Assembly: GCA_963718665.1 (NCBI GenBank)
Contig: OY970359.1
Location: 2,546,872-2,610,871, forward strand
Source of the DNA: an uncultured Phycisphaerales bacterium
Lineage (GTDB): Bacteria > Planctomycetota > Phycisphaerae > Sedimentisphaerales > Anaerobacaceae
Direction of reading: 5' to 3'
DNA: 64,000 nt
Below are positions 10,080 through 23,597 of this stretch, piece after piece. How positions within the stretch are numbered: position 1 is the stretch's first letter; the number at the start of each line of letters is the position of its first letter. The notes below the pieces were generated by a model. That model was given only the letters and a program-made list of their open reading frames with translations, ran no database searches and had not been told where the DNA came from. The position numbers and the translations under genes were made by a program.

Positions 10080-11195
10080 ATGGCTGTTAAGATAGAAACT
10101 CGTAATATCTGTGGACCGCTGGCGACCAAGATATATATCTCGGCGACTCTTGAGAATTGCGCACCGGCGAAAGACAAGCTTTTGGAGATGTTCGCGGGCA
10201 TTCGTAAGATACTGACTGAGGAGCGGGCGAGCATCCTTCAGGAGCGGATATTTACCGTCGATGGGACATTGCCTGTTGTTTCAGCAGCGCGTGCCGAAGC
10301 GTATGGCGAAATAGACGATGGTGTTGCGCCGAGCGTGTTGATGGGCAGGGAAAGCAGGCGGGGGCACACCGTTGGAGTGCAGGTTCACGCGGTGGCGCGA
10401 GTGGACAAGCCCGAGGTTGTCAGGATTTATGGTAGGGCGTGCGGGCGAGTGATTAGAACGTCAGGCGGGGTATATTTAACGCTTTCAGGGATATCGGGAG
10501 GCAAATCGGGCGAACGTCTTGGGCAAACGATAGCGATGTTCGAGAAGGTGGAATCCGCGTTGAAGCAATACGGAAGTGATTTCAGGGCTGTATCGCGGAC
10601 ATGGATGTGGCTTGGTGATATATTGTCCTGGTATGGCGAATTCAACAAGGCGAGGAATCAATTCTTCGAGAAGCGAGGCCTGATTGGCAAAGGTATCCGG
10701 CAGTCGATGCCTGCGAGCACGGGTATAGGACTGGGGCTTGGCGGGGACGGGCAATTCGGGATGGATATGACGGCTGTTCTTGAGCCGGCGAGTTCGATCG
10801 AGCTGTTGGCGGCGATTGGCCGGCAGCAGTGCGCGTTTGATTATGGTTCGGCGTTTTCGCGTGCGTCGCGAGCGAGCAGCCCAGCAGGCAAAACGGTATT
10901 CATTTCGGGGACCGCCTCGATAGATGTGAAAGGAAATACGACGCATATCGGGGACGCGAAAGGACAAATTGCGACAACAATCGAAAACGTCAGGGCGGTG
11001 CTGCGTGATATGAATTGCCAGGATGGGGACGTCGTTCAGGTTGTTGCGTATTGCAAGACGGCTGAGGTGGAGGGCGTTTTTGAGGAGTTCAGGAGTCAGC
11101 TCAACTGGCCGTGGATAACGACAATCGGCGACATCTGCCGGGACGACCTTTTATTTGAAATCGAGGCCGCGGCGATGCCGCAGGCAGGGCGATAA
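10080..11195 (+). CDS. Long Rid (YjgF)/chorismatase-like superfamily protein
   Basis: SAFSRA, FISGTASID, DICRDDLLFEIEA. Confidence 0.8.
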   Translation: MAVKIETRNICGPLATKIYISATLENCAPAKDKLLEMFAGIRKILTEERASILQERIFTVDGTLPVVSAARAEAYGEIDDGVAPSVLMGRESRRGHTVGVQVHAVARVDKPEVVRIYGRACGRVIRTSGGVYLTLSGISGGKSGERLGQTIAMFEKVESALKQYGSDFRAVSRTWMWLGDILSWYGEFNKARNQFFEKRGLIGKGIRQSMPASTGIGLGLGGDGQFGMDMTAVLEPASSIELLAAIGRQQCAFDYGSAFSRASRASSPAGKTVFISGTASIDVKGNTTHIGDAKGQIATTIENVRAVLRDMNCQDGDVVQVVAYCKTAEVEGVFEEFRSQLNWPWITTIGDICRDDLLFEIEAAAMPQAGR

Positions 11196-11317
11196 CGAGA
11201 GAAATATCCATCTGGCATGTACTTGATTTTGCGGCGGATTAGGATTATTGTGCGGCAAATTCGAGGTTTGACCGGCAGTCGGCTGTAAATTCGGCATTTA
11301 AGTTTTGGAGACAGGAT

Positions 11318-12529
11318 ATGGACAGCAAAATAATCAAAGAATTCAAAAGCAGAGTCCAAAAGGAGCTTGATGAGGATATTGTTCCGTTCTGGTCACAACG
11401 CGCCATCGATCCCAAAGGGGGGTTCATCGGCAGAATGAATAACGATGGCGTCATCGAGGAGAAGGCGCCAAAAGGACTGATACTAAATACCAGAATACTC
11501 TGGACGTTCTCCACGCTTTATGTTTTCGAGAAAAAACAGGAGCTTCTTACGCTGGCAAAACGGGCATACGGCTATGTTATGGAATACTTCTGGGATAAGC
11601 AAAATGGGGGTATGTACTGGCTGCTGGACTGGCAGGGTAAACCCATAGATAGCCAAAAAGTGGTCTATGGACAGGGGTTCGGGATATACTCGCTTTCGGA
11701 GTATTACAGGGCAACGGGCGATAAGGATGCGCTTGCCAAAGCGATGGAGCTTTTCGGCCTGCTGGAAAAATACGTCTGGGACAAGCAATACAAAGGGTAT
11801 TTCGAGAAATACGACAGCGACTGGACGAAATCAAAAACCCAGCAGCTTACTTCCGGAGATATGGCTGCCCCGAAATCAATGAATACGTCGCTTCACATGC
11901 TGGAAGGCATTGCCAATTTATACGATGTGAACAAGGACGAACTGGTCGGGCAGCGGGTTGGCGAGATGCTTGATATATTCGCGGATTATATACTGCACCC
12001 GTATGGGACGTATTGCCAGTTGTTCTTCGATGAAAAGTGGTATCCCAAGAGCGAGAAGGTTTCGTTCGGGCACGATATCGAGACGGCATGGCTGGCGCAA
12101 AGGGACGCGGAGATTTTCGGCAAGCCGAAGACGATAGAGAAGCTTAAGCGGATGGCGATGAAACTGGCCGAATCGACGTATGAAAGAGGCCTGGATAATA
12201 ATAAGAGTATGTTCTACGAGGCGGACCTGAAAGGCATCAGCAATTCAGGCAAGGACTGGTGGGTGCAGGCCGAGGCGGTGGTGGGATATTTGAACGCCTA
12301 TCAGTTGACCGGCGACCAGAAATATTTCGACGTCGCGCAGAATATCTGGCAGTTTATCGAGGATTACGTCGTCGATAAGAAGGGCGGCGAATGGTTCTGG
12401 ACGATTGACGCCAAGGGCAACATTGACAAATCGAAACCTAAGGTCTCAGAGTGGAAGTGCCCGTATCACAACAGCAGGGCGTGCATCGAGATAATACAGC
12501 GGTTAGACAAGATTGCCAAAAAGGCCTGA
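11318..12529 (+). CDS. AGE-family epimerase (cellobiose 2-epimerase-like)
   Basis: NTRILWTFS, KSMNTSLH, SFGHDIE, WWVQAE, WKCPYHNSR. Confidence 0.92.
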   Translation: MDSKIIKEFKSRVQKELDEDIVPFWSQRAIDPKGGFIGRMNNDGVIEEKAPKGLILNTRILWTFSTLYVFEKKQELLTLAKRAYGYVMEYFWDKQNGGMYWLLDWQGKPIDSQKVVYGQGFGIYSLSEYYRATGDKDALAKAMELFGLLEKYVWDKQYKGYFEKYDSDWTKSKTQQLTSGDMAAPKSMNTSLHMLEGIANLYDVNKDELVGQRVGEMLDIFADYILHPYGTYCQLFFDEKWYPKSEKVSFGHDIETAWLAQRDAEIFGKPKTIEKLKRMAMKLAESTYERGLDNNKSMFYEADLKGISNSGKDWWVQAEAVVGYLNAYQLTGDQKYFDVAQNIWQFIEDYVVDKKGGEWFWTIDAKGNIDKSKPKVSEWKCPYHNSRACIEIIQRLDKIAKKA

Positions 12530-12562
12530 AGACAGTTCTGTGAAATCTGTGGTTAAAAAAGG

Positions 12563-12591
12563 AGAGGCCGGTCAAATAATTGACCGGCCTC
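12563..12591 (-). terminator. Terminator after 5S rRNA (possibly bidirectional)
   Basis: GAGGCCGGTCAA-ATAA-TTGACCGGCCTC with adjacent A6 run. Confidence 0.85.
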
Positions 12592-12595
12592 GTAA

Positions 12596-12705
12596 TTCCT
12601 GGCGATACCTACTCTCACCCGAAAGGACTACCATCGGCCTGACGAGCTTAGCTTCTGAGTTCGGAAAGGGATCAGGCGTTTCCCCGTCAGTAAATTCACC
12701 AGGAA
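12596..12705 (-). rRNA. rrf: 5S rRNA (short, about 110 nt)
   Basis: Reverse complement has GATCCCTTTCCGAACTCAGAAGCTAAG and GAGAGTAGG; TTCCTGG/CCAGGAA terminal stem. Confidence 0.96.
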
Positions 12706-12850
12706 ACTTTTTATCCCCCTAATTAAAGGGGTACATATTCAATTGTCAACTTGTCGCTTGAAACAAGAAAAATATGCGGGTGATAAAGTGGGCACAACCA
12801 TCTGAACATTCATCGTCAGATTACTTACGTTGAACAACCAATGAATGATA

Positions 12851-15914
<3,064 letters not shown>

Positions 15915-16121
15915 TATCATTCGATGATTGGTCAACCATGAGTAATCGCCAAAAATAAATATCCAGACATTGCGCTCCACTTTAAAATTATGGACTCGCC
16001 ACGTTTAGAAAGACAATAAAAAATTTACTACACCCGCATATTAACTTGTCAAACAACTTTACCTGGTAACCCGCAGGTTTAACCTTTGGACCGACCAAAA
16101 ATCCGCTTTTGGCGAATTTAA

Positions 16122-16194
16122 TGGAGACGACCGGGATCGAACCGGCAACCTCTGGCTTGCAAAGCCAACGCTCTCCCAGTTGAGCTACGTCCCC
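16122..16194 (-). tRNA. tRNA-Ala(UGC)
   Basis: GGGGACGTAGCTCA...TGC anticodon...GTTCGATCC. Confidence 0.97.
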
Positions 16195-16247
16195 GGAGCC
16201 GCGATTCAGGAATCTTAAACTTGAAATCTCAAATCTCAAATTCCGAG

Positions 16248-16321
<74 letters not shown>

Positions 16322-16406
16322 TTTCAATTGCGGATTTATGATTGTGGATTGCTGATTGAAAAAGCAGATTTCAAACCACAAATCGACAATTTAGTCGAGG
16401 CCGGAT

Positions 16407-16435
16407 AGTTTACATATACACATAAAAAAGAGCAA
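16407..16435 (-). promoter_or_regulatory. sigma70-like promoter for the tRNA-Ile/Ala-23S-5S unit
   Basis: TTGCTC-N17-TAAACT on minus strand. Confidence 0.6.
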
Positions 16436-16436
16436 C

Positions 16437-16624
16437 AAAAAAACCGCTGCCTAACTGCCAGCGGTTTATAACGATTCATCCGCTATTTCAGCTAAGGCAA
16501 AACTTTCAACACTTTGAAAATTCTGTTCAAATTCACCTACGCTTTCCACCCACATCCGACTATGGCTAATGCTACGCCGGACAACTCCGTACTGGCATAT
16601 AAAAGCTTCGATGCCAGCATTAGC
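16437..16624 (-). ncRNA. Candidate ~190-nt structured RNA
   Basis: Upstream promoter, 5' stem GCTAATGCT/AGCATTAGC, ends in hairpin AAACCGCTG/CAGCGGTTT plus U tract. Confidence 0.45.
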
Positions 16625-16630
16625 ATATCA

Positions 16631-16690
16631 AGCATATTGGATTATCGACAGTGCGTCAAGAATATTTTATGAAATTTTTTATTTTTTTTA
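16631..16690 (-). promoter_or_regulatory. sigma70-like promoter with AT-rich UP-like element
   Basis: TTGACG-N17-TATGCT on minus strand; A/T tracts upstream. Confidence 0.6.
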
Positions 16691-16804
16691 CAGTCCCCAA
16701 ACCCGCTTCTAATGGGGTTATACGGCGATTCTCAATGTGTGTCCAAAATAAAAATTGATTACTGATTGTTTTTCGACGGTGGACGGACAGGCACAGAACG
16801 GAAA

Positions 16805-17770
16805 TTAGAAGCGTTTGGTGCGGAAGTGGCAGTAGGGGGTGCCGCCGGTTTTGCCGTAATAATCCTGGTGGTAATCCTCAGCGGGCCAGAATTCTTTCGC
16901 TGGCTCAACCGATGTTACAACTTTGAGGCCTTTTTTCTTCAAAATCTCAATCAAATGTTCGGCAACTTGCTTTTGCTGCTGGTCAACGTAGAAAATCGCG
17001 GAGCGGTATTGATAGCCAATATCGGGACCTTGCCGGTTACGCTGAGTTGGGTCGTGGATTTCGAAGAAGAGCTTGGCGAGGTCTTCATAATTGGTTTTAT
17101 TCGGGTCGAAGACGACTTCGACGGTTTCAGCGTGGCCTGTTGTGCCCGTGCAGACCTGTTTGTATGTGGGGTTTTTGGTAGTTCCGCCCATATAGCCGGC
17201 TGTTACGGAAATGACACCCGGAGCGGACTTGAGCCAGTAATCAACGCCCCAGAAACAGCCGCCTGCGAAATAGGCCTTTGTGGAAGGTTTGCTGTTGGGG
17301 TCATTCGGGTCGTTGGCGTCTATTTTCGCGGCGGGCACAAAAACGAGTGAGATTGAATTGACGCAATGCCTTATGTTTTTCTCAGTTAAACCCTCGCCTG
17401 TGAAGACGTGGCCGAGGTGCGCGCCGCAATTTGCGCAGATGATTTCAGTGCGATAGCCATCGGGGTCCGGGACGCGTTTTACTGCGCCGGGGATTTCGTC
17501 ATCGAAAGAGGGCCAGCCGCAGTGTCCGTCGAATTTGTCGGAGCTGCGATATAGCGGCGCACCGCAACGCTTACAGACGTATATGCCCGGTTCTTTATTA
17601 TTGAGGTATTTGCCGGAGAAGGGAGCTTCGGTGCCTTTGTAAACGATTACATACTCTTCTTCGGGAGTCAGTTTATTGTTAGTCATTTGCTTATCTCCCT
17701 TCTGCACGGCCAATGCAGCCAACGCGACACCTAAAACCACTATTCCCGCGTATTTGAGCTTCATTTTCAT
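16805..17770 (-). CDS. msrAB: Exported MsrB-MsrA fusion methionine sulfoxide reductase
   Basis: CGWPSF, HLGHVF, RHCVNS (MsrB), then AGGCFWG (MsrA); N-terminal hydrophobic signal. Confidence 0.95.
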   Translation of the reverse strand: MKMKLKYAGIVVLGVALAALAVQKGDKQMTNNKLTPEEEYVIVYKGTEAPFSGKYLNNKEPGIYVCKRCGAPLYRSSDKFDGHCGWPSFDDEIPGAVKRVPDPDGYRTEIICANCGAHLGHVFTGEGLTEKNIRHCVNSISLVFVPAAKIDANDPNDPNSKPSTKAYFAGGCFWGVDYWLKSAPGVISVTAGYMGGTTKNPTYKQVCTGTTGHAETVEVVFDPNKTNYEDLAKLFFEIHDPTQRNRQGPDIGYQYRSAIFYVDQQQKQVAEHLIEILKKKGLKVVTSVEPAKEFWPAEDYHQDYYGKTGGTPYCHFRTKRF

Positions 17771-17950
17771 ATCCTCGTATAACTTCTACTCTTTAATACG
17801 CAAGTATGCAATCAGCCGTTCAGGGTGAATTCGTGGTTGCCGAGAGGGTTCATACAAAAACGACGAACAATGCGGCGGCAGCAGGTTACTTATGAGTTAC
17901 CAGGAGTGTTAGCAAACACCGCCAAATCATCAAAGTTCAAATACCACCAA

Positions 17951-19124
17951 TTATCTGGCTTTTTTAAATTCCGCGATTGCCGCCTGCATAACCTCCTTGA
18001 CGCTCGTGTTATGCTCCTGTGCGGCTTTGGCGCAATCCGCAAATTCCGGCTTGGCATTTACGACCTTGTCGGCCCACCTCCCGACCTTGATTTTTATATT
18101 CCCGAACCCCGTTGTCACCGTTACAAACTCCCTCGCCAGCTTGCTTCGCTCGACAATTTGCCTGCGGACGCCAAAGGTAATCCCGCTTTGGAAGATTATT
18201 TCTTCCATTTTGGCGATGTCGGCTGTTTGGCAGATGACGGTCAGTTTTACGGCGGGGCGGGTCTGCTTCATAACAATCGGCGTTGTGAAAACGTCCAGCG
18301 CTCCCGCTGAGAGCAGCTTGTCCATCACGTTCGCGATTATCTCACCGGTTGAGTCGTCGATATTTGTCTCAATCAGGCAAACTCTGTCTGTTGTTGCCGA
18401 CGATTCCTCTGCCGACCTGCCTAAAATCAGGCGGACGACGTTTGGAACGTGTTCGCTGTCCAAAGTTCCCGCTCCATAACCAGTCGCCTCGATTGTCATA
18501 GGGGGTATCGGGCCAAAACTTTCGGCGAGTGTTGTTAGTATCGCTGCACCGGTTGGTGTGAGCAGTTCCTTATCAATTGGCCCGCCGACAGTGGGAATTC
18601 CTTTTAATAACTCCGCCGTCGCCGGCGCAGGCACCGGCATTATTCCGTGGGCCGCTTTGACCTGTCCGCCGCCGACTGCCAGCGTCGAGCAGTAAACCTT
18701 TTCTATTCCCAGGGCGTCAAATCCAATCGCCGCCGATACGATATCCACAATTGAATCCATCGCCCCTACTTCGTGAAAGTGAATATCGTCAGGGTTTTTG
18801 CCGTGTACTGTCGCTTCGGCCTGTGCCAGCCGGCCAAATATAGCGATGGCTGTCTGCTTCGGCTTTTCGCCTATTTTACTGTCATTTATGATTTTCTTTA
18901 TATCGCCGAGGTGCCTGTGATGATGCTCTTCTTTGATAAGCGGCACGAAATGCTTCGCGCAATCCGGCGCGTCTGGTTTCGCTGACTGTAATATCAAGGT
19001 TTTTCAGGCCGAGGGTCGCTATTTGTGATTTGAGGAATTCAAAATCCAGACCGGCGTCGAGCATTGCCCCGGCTATCATATCGCCCGCCGCTCCGGAGAA
19101 ACAATCGAAATACGCAATTTTCAT
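17951..19124 (-). CDS. larC: Nickel-pincer cofactor biosynthesis protein LarC, frameshifted near 18958
   Basis: YFDCFSGAAGDM in one frame; HHHRHL, HFHEVGAMDSIVDI and KPEFADC in another. Confidence 0.9.
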
Positions 19125-19287
19125 AATTGAAGCACCTTCCAAAGACCGCTTTTTCACCTATTATCCGGCCCAATCGGTTTTTTTGCAAGCCGATTCACCC
19201 TGCGCGATGACGATGTTTGGCAGGGGGGATAAGACCGAAGATATAAAAAAGGTAAGGGGTATTATGTGATTACGGGTGAAATCGAGG

Positions 19288-20384
19288 TTAAGTATTTGCG
19301 GTGGCCGTCTGGCGAACGGCAAGCTCATAACCTTGCATTAACTCGTCGATAAGTTCTTTCACTGAGACAAGCTTGTTGACTCTATAGACATTCGCGCCCG
19401 CAAAGGCAAAGCCGTGCTCCAGGTTACCTTTCTTGGCGTTGGTCAGCGCCAAAGCGATGCAATACGGCACATTTTTGAAATCGCAGGTCCGCAGGCACTT
19501 CCACGGGCATTGGAACTTTTCCTTGCGCCGGACGCCACCCGGTCAAGGAAATCACAGCGAATGGCCCTTCCTGGTAGTCCCACGGGGCTGTCAATAATAA
19601 GGATGTCGTCTTTTTCGCATTTAATGTAGGCCTGTTTAAATTCGTCGGAGGCGTCGCATTCGTGTGTGGCGACGAATCTTGTCGCCATTTGCACGCCGCT
19701 TGCCCCCATCTGCATAAATTTGTAGATGTCTTCTCCGGTGTATATTCCGCCGCCGGCAATTACAGGTATGTGTTTGCTGAACTGCTGCTCGTAGGGTTTT
19801 ATCGCATTTATTACGTCGGGCAGTATCTTTTCCAGTGCGTAATCGGGGGCGTTAATCTGTTCTTTTCTGAAGCCCAGGTGTCCGCCCGCCATCGGGCCTT
19901 CGACCACAACGCCATCAGGCACATGAGAATAATGTTTCGCCCATGACTTGAAAATCAGGTCCGCGGCTCTGCCCGATGAAACGATAGGGACAAATTTCGT
20001 ATGCAAACTGCCCAGTGCATCCAGCGGCAGTGTATTTGGAAGCTTTATCGGGAGCCCCGCTCCAAGAAAAAGAATATCGGCACGCGAATCAACTGCGCAC
20101 TGGACCATATCGTCAAAATCCGAAAGGGCCACCATTATATTAACGCCGATGATTCCGTCTGTTTTTGACTTGGCTGTTTCTATTTCCCTGCGCAGCGCCC
20201 TTTTGTTTGCTACTTTGTAATTGGTGTTCACGTCGCTCTCGAACTGGCCTATTCCGGCTGTCGCGATTACACCGATTGCGCCTGCTGTTGCGACCGCGGA
20301 AGCCAGCCCGGACAAAGAAATGCCTACCCCCATTCCTCCCTGGATAATCGGAATCCTGGCCTTAATGCCGCCTATCGACAGCAT
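19288..20384 (-). CDS. Nitronate monooxygenase/FabK-like flavoprotein, frameshifted near 19518
   Basis: PIIQGGMGVGIS, EGPMAGGHLG, SPVGLPGRA; C-terminal CPWKCLRTC..PYCI..FAFAGANV in another frame. Confidence 0.9.
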
Positions 20385-20744
20385 TGGTATTTTTTCAAAA
20401 ATCGTAATATATCACTCTTCATTTCTAGGGTTTTTCAACGGGTGATAATCAACGGGTAGTTTTCACATTATACTCTATCGGCTGATAATATGTTGGAAAA
20501 AAAATATATTTTATTTATAACGCGAAACCATCATTGCTTTTTCAGAGCCGAGAACACAAAAACCGCAATCGGTTGGTTCCCTTTACTTCATCATCCTCGT
20601 GTCGGAAAAAGCTAAATTTGGCGGATAAAAGATTTCAACCTGCCCGCAAAATGTTATAATACTGAACTTTATCCGCCGCAGGCGTGGTTTATTCGTCGTA
20701 GGTGGGTTTATCATTGATTGTCTAAACAAACATATAGAGATATT

Positions 20745-21356
20745 ATGGCAACCGATTTCACGAAACTGAGTGATGGCGAGTTGTTGGACCGCTCCGCGGC
20801 AGGCGAAGAAGGTGCGTTTCGTGAAATCGTCGAACGTTACAAAAACGGCCTATACGCCTTTTTACACAACTTTCTGAACCGGGCCGATGCTATCGAGGAC
20901 GTTTTTCAAGAGACCTTCCTACAACTGTTCACCAGCAGGGAAAGTTTTGACCGGAGCAGACCTCTTCGCCCTTGGTTATACACAATAGCCGCGAATAAGG
21001 CCAAGGACGCCCTTAGAAAAATGCAAAGAAACGCCACTGTTTCTATCGGCACGATGAGCGATTCCGACGAAATGTCGTTTGACGATATGCTAAACGTCCT
21101 AACTTCTGAAGAGGAGAGACCTTACGAAGACCTCGAAAAAGGCGAAACCGCGGCCAATGTAAGACGGGTTATATCGAATATACCGGATAATCTGCGAGAA
21201 ATTTTGGTTATGGCGTATTTTAACCATTTTTCCTACAAACAAATGAGCGATGTCCTTCGTATTCCTATTGGCACGGTTAAAAGCAGGTTGCATACGGCAG
21301 TAGGTCGGTTTGCTAAGGACTGGAAGGCAGCCGTTAGGAGCAAAAAGACGCAATGA
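20745..21356 (+). CDS. ECF RNA polymerase sigma factor
   Basis: EDVFQETFL, WLYTIAANKAKD, IPIGTVKSRLH. Confidence 0.95.
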   Translation: MATDFTKLSDGELLDRSAAGEEGAFREIVERYKNGLYAFLHNFLNRADAIEDVFQETFLQLFTSRESFDRSRPLRPWLYTIAANKAKDALRKMQRNATVSIGTMSDSDEMSFDDMLNVLTSEEERPYEDLEKGETAANVRRVISNIPDNLREILVMAYFNHFSYKQMSDVLRIPIGTVKSRLHTAVGRFAKDWKAAVRSKKTQ

Positions 21357-22372
21357 TATCACTAAATAATCACCAAAAAGAGCTTCTTTTCGATTATTGC
21401 TTAGGGATTACATCAGAAGCAGAATCAGCACAGGCACAGGAATTAGTATTCTCAAACGAACAGGCAGCCAAATTCGTCAATTCAATAAAAGCGTCATTAT
21501 CACCCCTCGAAAGCATAACCCCCTCGGAATGTCCTGCAGAACTGGCGGAGGGAACGATTTGGCGTATCAAACAAACGCTGCGGACCAGCCAGGCGGGGCT
21601 TAATGAGCTTCTTAAGGCGGAGCAGAAGCGCAAAACTGGTTTCTGGTATGATATTTTTGCCCGGCTGGCTACGGCGGCGGTTTTTGTTATTGTAGGTTCT
21701 GCCCTTATCACGGGTGGTAAGATGGCCACAAACTACGCCCGCCAGATGTCCTGGCAGACCAAGTGCGGTTCGCAAATGGCCGGCTTATTTAATGGCCTGA
21801 GCAACTATAAGAATGACAACAACGGTCAGATGCCTACCCTCGCATCAGCATCTGGCGACCCGTGGTGGAAAGTTACCTATCAGGGGCCTGAAAACGTGTC
21901 AAATACGCGCAAAATGTGGGTATTGGTAAGGAACGGTTACGTTAAGCCGGATGCTTTTATGTGCCCCGCCACCAAACCCTCCAATAGTTTCACCTGCAAC
22001 CCCAAAGAATATAACGATTTCCCCAAACGATATTTAGTTACATATAGTTTCCGCATCAATTGCCCTAAGGCGGCGGGACTGGAAAAAATGGGCAGGCAGG
22101 TAATAATCGGTGATATGAGCCCCATATTCCCGAATGTATCAGTGGCTGAAAAAGAATTGAATGTCAATCTCAGCGATGCCCTAATGAAGAAAAACAGCCC
22201 GAATCACGGGGACAGAGGTCAAAACGTCCTGTTCTGCGACGGCTCGGTTGTGTTCGTAAAGGAACGTTATGTTGATGCTTCCTTAGATGATATCTACACA
22301 ATTCAAGGCAGGCAAACCTATCAGGGCGTAGAAGTGCCCACATCAGAAGCAGACGTATTCTTAGCCCCGTAA
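21353..22372 (+). CDS. Putative anti-sigma factor with extracytoplasmic DUF1559/pilin-like domain
   Basis: ATGA overlap with sigma; anti-sigma-like N-terminus, one TM helix, C..QM...L.NY..DN.G.MP and HGDRGQNVLFCDG. Confidence 0.7.
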   Translation: MISLNNHQKELLFDYCLGITSEAESAQAQELVFSNEQAAKFVNSIKASLSPLESITPSECPAELAEGTIWRIKQTLRTSQAGLNELLKAEQKRKTGFWYDIFARLATAAVFVIVGSALITGGKMATNYARQMSWQTKCGSQMAGLFNGLSNYKNDNNGQMPTLASASGDPWWKVTYQGPENVSNTRKMWVLVRNGYVKPDAFMCPATKPSNSFTCNPKEYNDFPKRYLVTYSFRINCPKAAGLEKMGRQVIIGDMSPIFPNVSVAEKELNVNLSDALMKKNSPNHGDRGQNVLFCDGSVVFVKERYVDASLDDIYTIQGRQTYQGVEVPTSEADVFLAP

Positions 22373-22397
22373 TTTAACTCAAAAATCAAATCTCAAA

Positions 22398-23442
22398 CTG
22401 CTTTGTAGAAACCTTTAATTAAAAGTTCTTTATGAAAAGTAAATAGAGAAGCATCAGGTTGTAGGTCAGAACTCTCATGACGCACTCGGTACTGCGAGAT
22501 TCATTCGTTCGGCTACGAAGGGCGTAGCCAAGACGACGTTTCATGCGAGACATAACACTCTCAACTTGCCATCGCTGACCAAACTTACGTTTCGGGAAGT
22601 TATTCTTCATTTGATTTCGGTAATGGCCTGTAAGCTCGCCTTTTTTACCTCGTCGGTTGTTGATAGCGATAATCGTCGAGCGGATGCCGAGATACTGACG
22701 ACAGAATTTATGGTTGGCTTCTGCGTCATATCCTGCATCACCCAAAAGCCGGTCTATAGGCAGATTAGTTACCGCCTGGGAAACTGCCGGCATAAGGTAG
22801 GAACAATCATTGCTGGGACCAGTGCTGACCAAGCCGGCAGCAATCAGATGGCTGGCATTGTGGCAGACAACCGTAAGTTTTGTCCATCGGCGATATTGCT
22901 GGGTATGTTTGCCTTGACGCATTAGAAAATGTCGGCTGACAAACCGGCTTTCCAGCCCCGTCGAATCAATGGATGCCTCGGGGCGTTCCTCGATTAAGCC
23001 ATCGCGGCTGGCAATACTGAAAATGGCGGCTAACAGCTTGTCCCAAGCCCTTTTTTTAGCAGACGTTGCTGTGCTTTTTGAAGGGTAGTGTAGTGAGGAA
23101 TTTTTGACAACCCAATCGCAGCTCTCAAGTCCGTGAAGTCCGCCAGCAACTGTACAATCCCACGATAGTCGGTTTGAAAAAACTGTCGCAGAGTCAAAAT
23201 GGCGAACAACTGTGCCTGTGTAAAATCGTGGCGTGAGCGATTGGCTGAATATGGCGAGAGTGCCGTTGTGGCTGTCTGAAGTGCCTGCTTTGCCAGCATA
23301 ACAGGTGATTTGGTCATAACTCCGTGTTTGGCCATCGTGGAATCCTTTCCAACGCGGTTTATGGCTGAAACCTAAGTTATTGTTATTATTAACACTTATC
23401 GCCATGACTAAACCTTATGCTTCAATCTTTTCTACAGAGCAA
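22398..23442 (-). mobile_element. IS5-like DDE insertion sequence, about 1045 bp
   Basis: Terminal inverted repeats TGCTTTGTAGAAA / TTTCTACAGAGCA; flanking TCTCAAA direct repeats. Confidence 0.88.
22419..23335 (-). CDS. Transposase split by a -1 frameshift at A7G (about 23050-23057)
   Basis: orfA (23335-23030) ends LLKKG; orfB has IDSTG, LGDAGYD, RWQVESVMSRMKR. Confidence 0.85.
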
Positions 23443-23597
23443 TCTCAAATCTCAAAACGGATAATTTTATACAATTATAGCCAGGGCGTATTTCTATTTA
23501 CAATGACGGCTTTGTGGATATAATCAGAATCGCAGGCAGGGGCATGGTGGCTCTCGCCGAAATTTTTATTGAATAACAAAATAAGGAGACCAAAAAA

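Noticed and set aside
16470..16555. T-box or c-di-GMP riboswitch
   Set aside because: GGGTGGAAAGCG only partly resembles the T-box, and the c-di-GMP-I GACGCAAA core is absent.
17280..17330. DANDPNDPN linker in MsrBA as a repeat insertion
   Set aside because: Low-complexity interdomain linker unrelated to the DNA repeat families.
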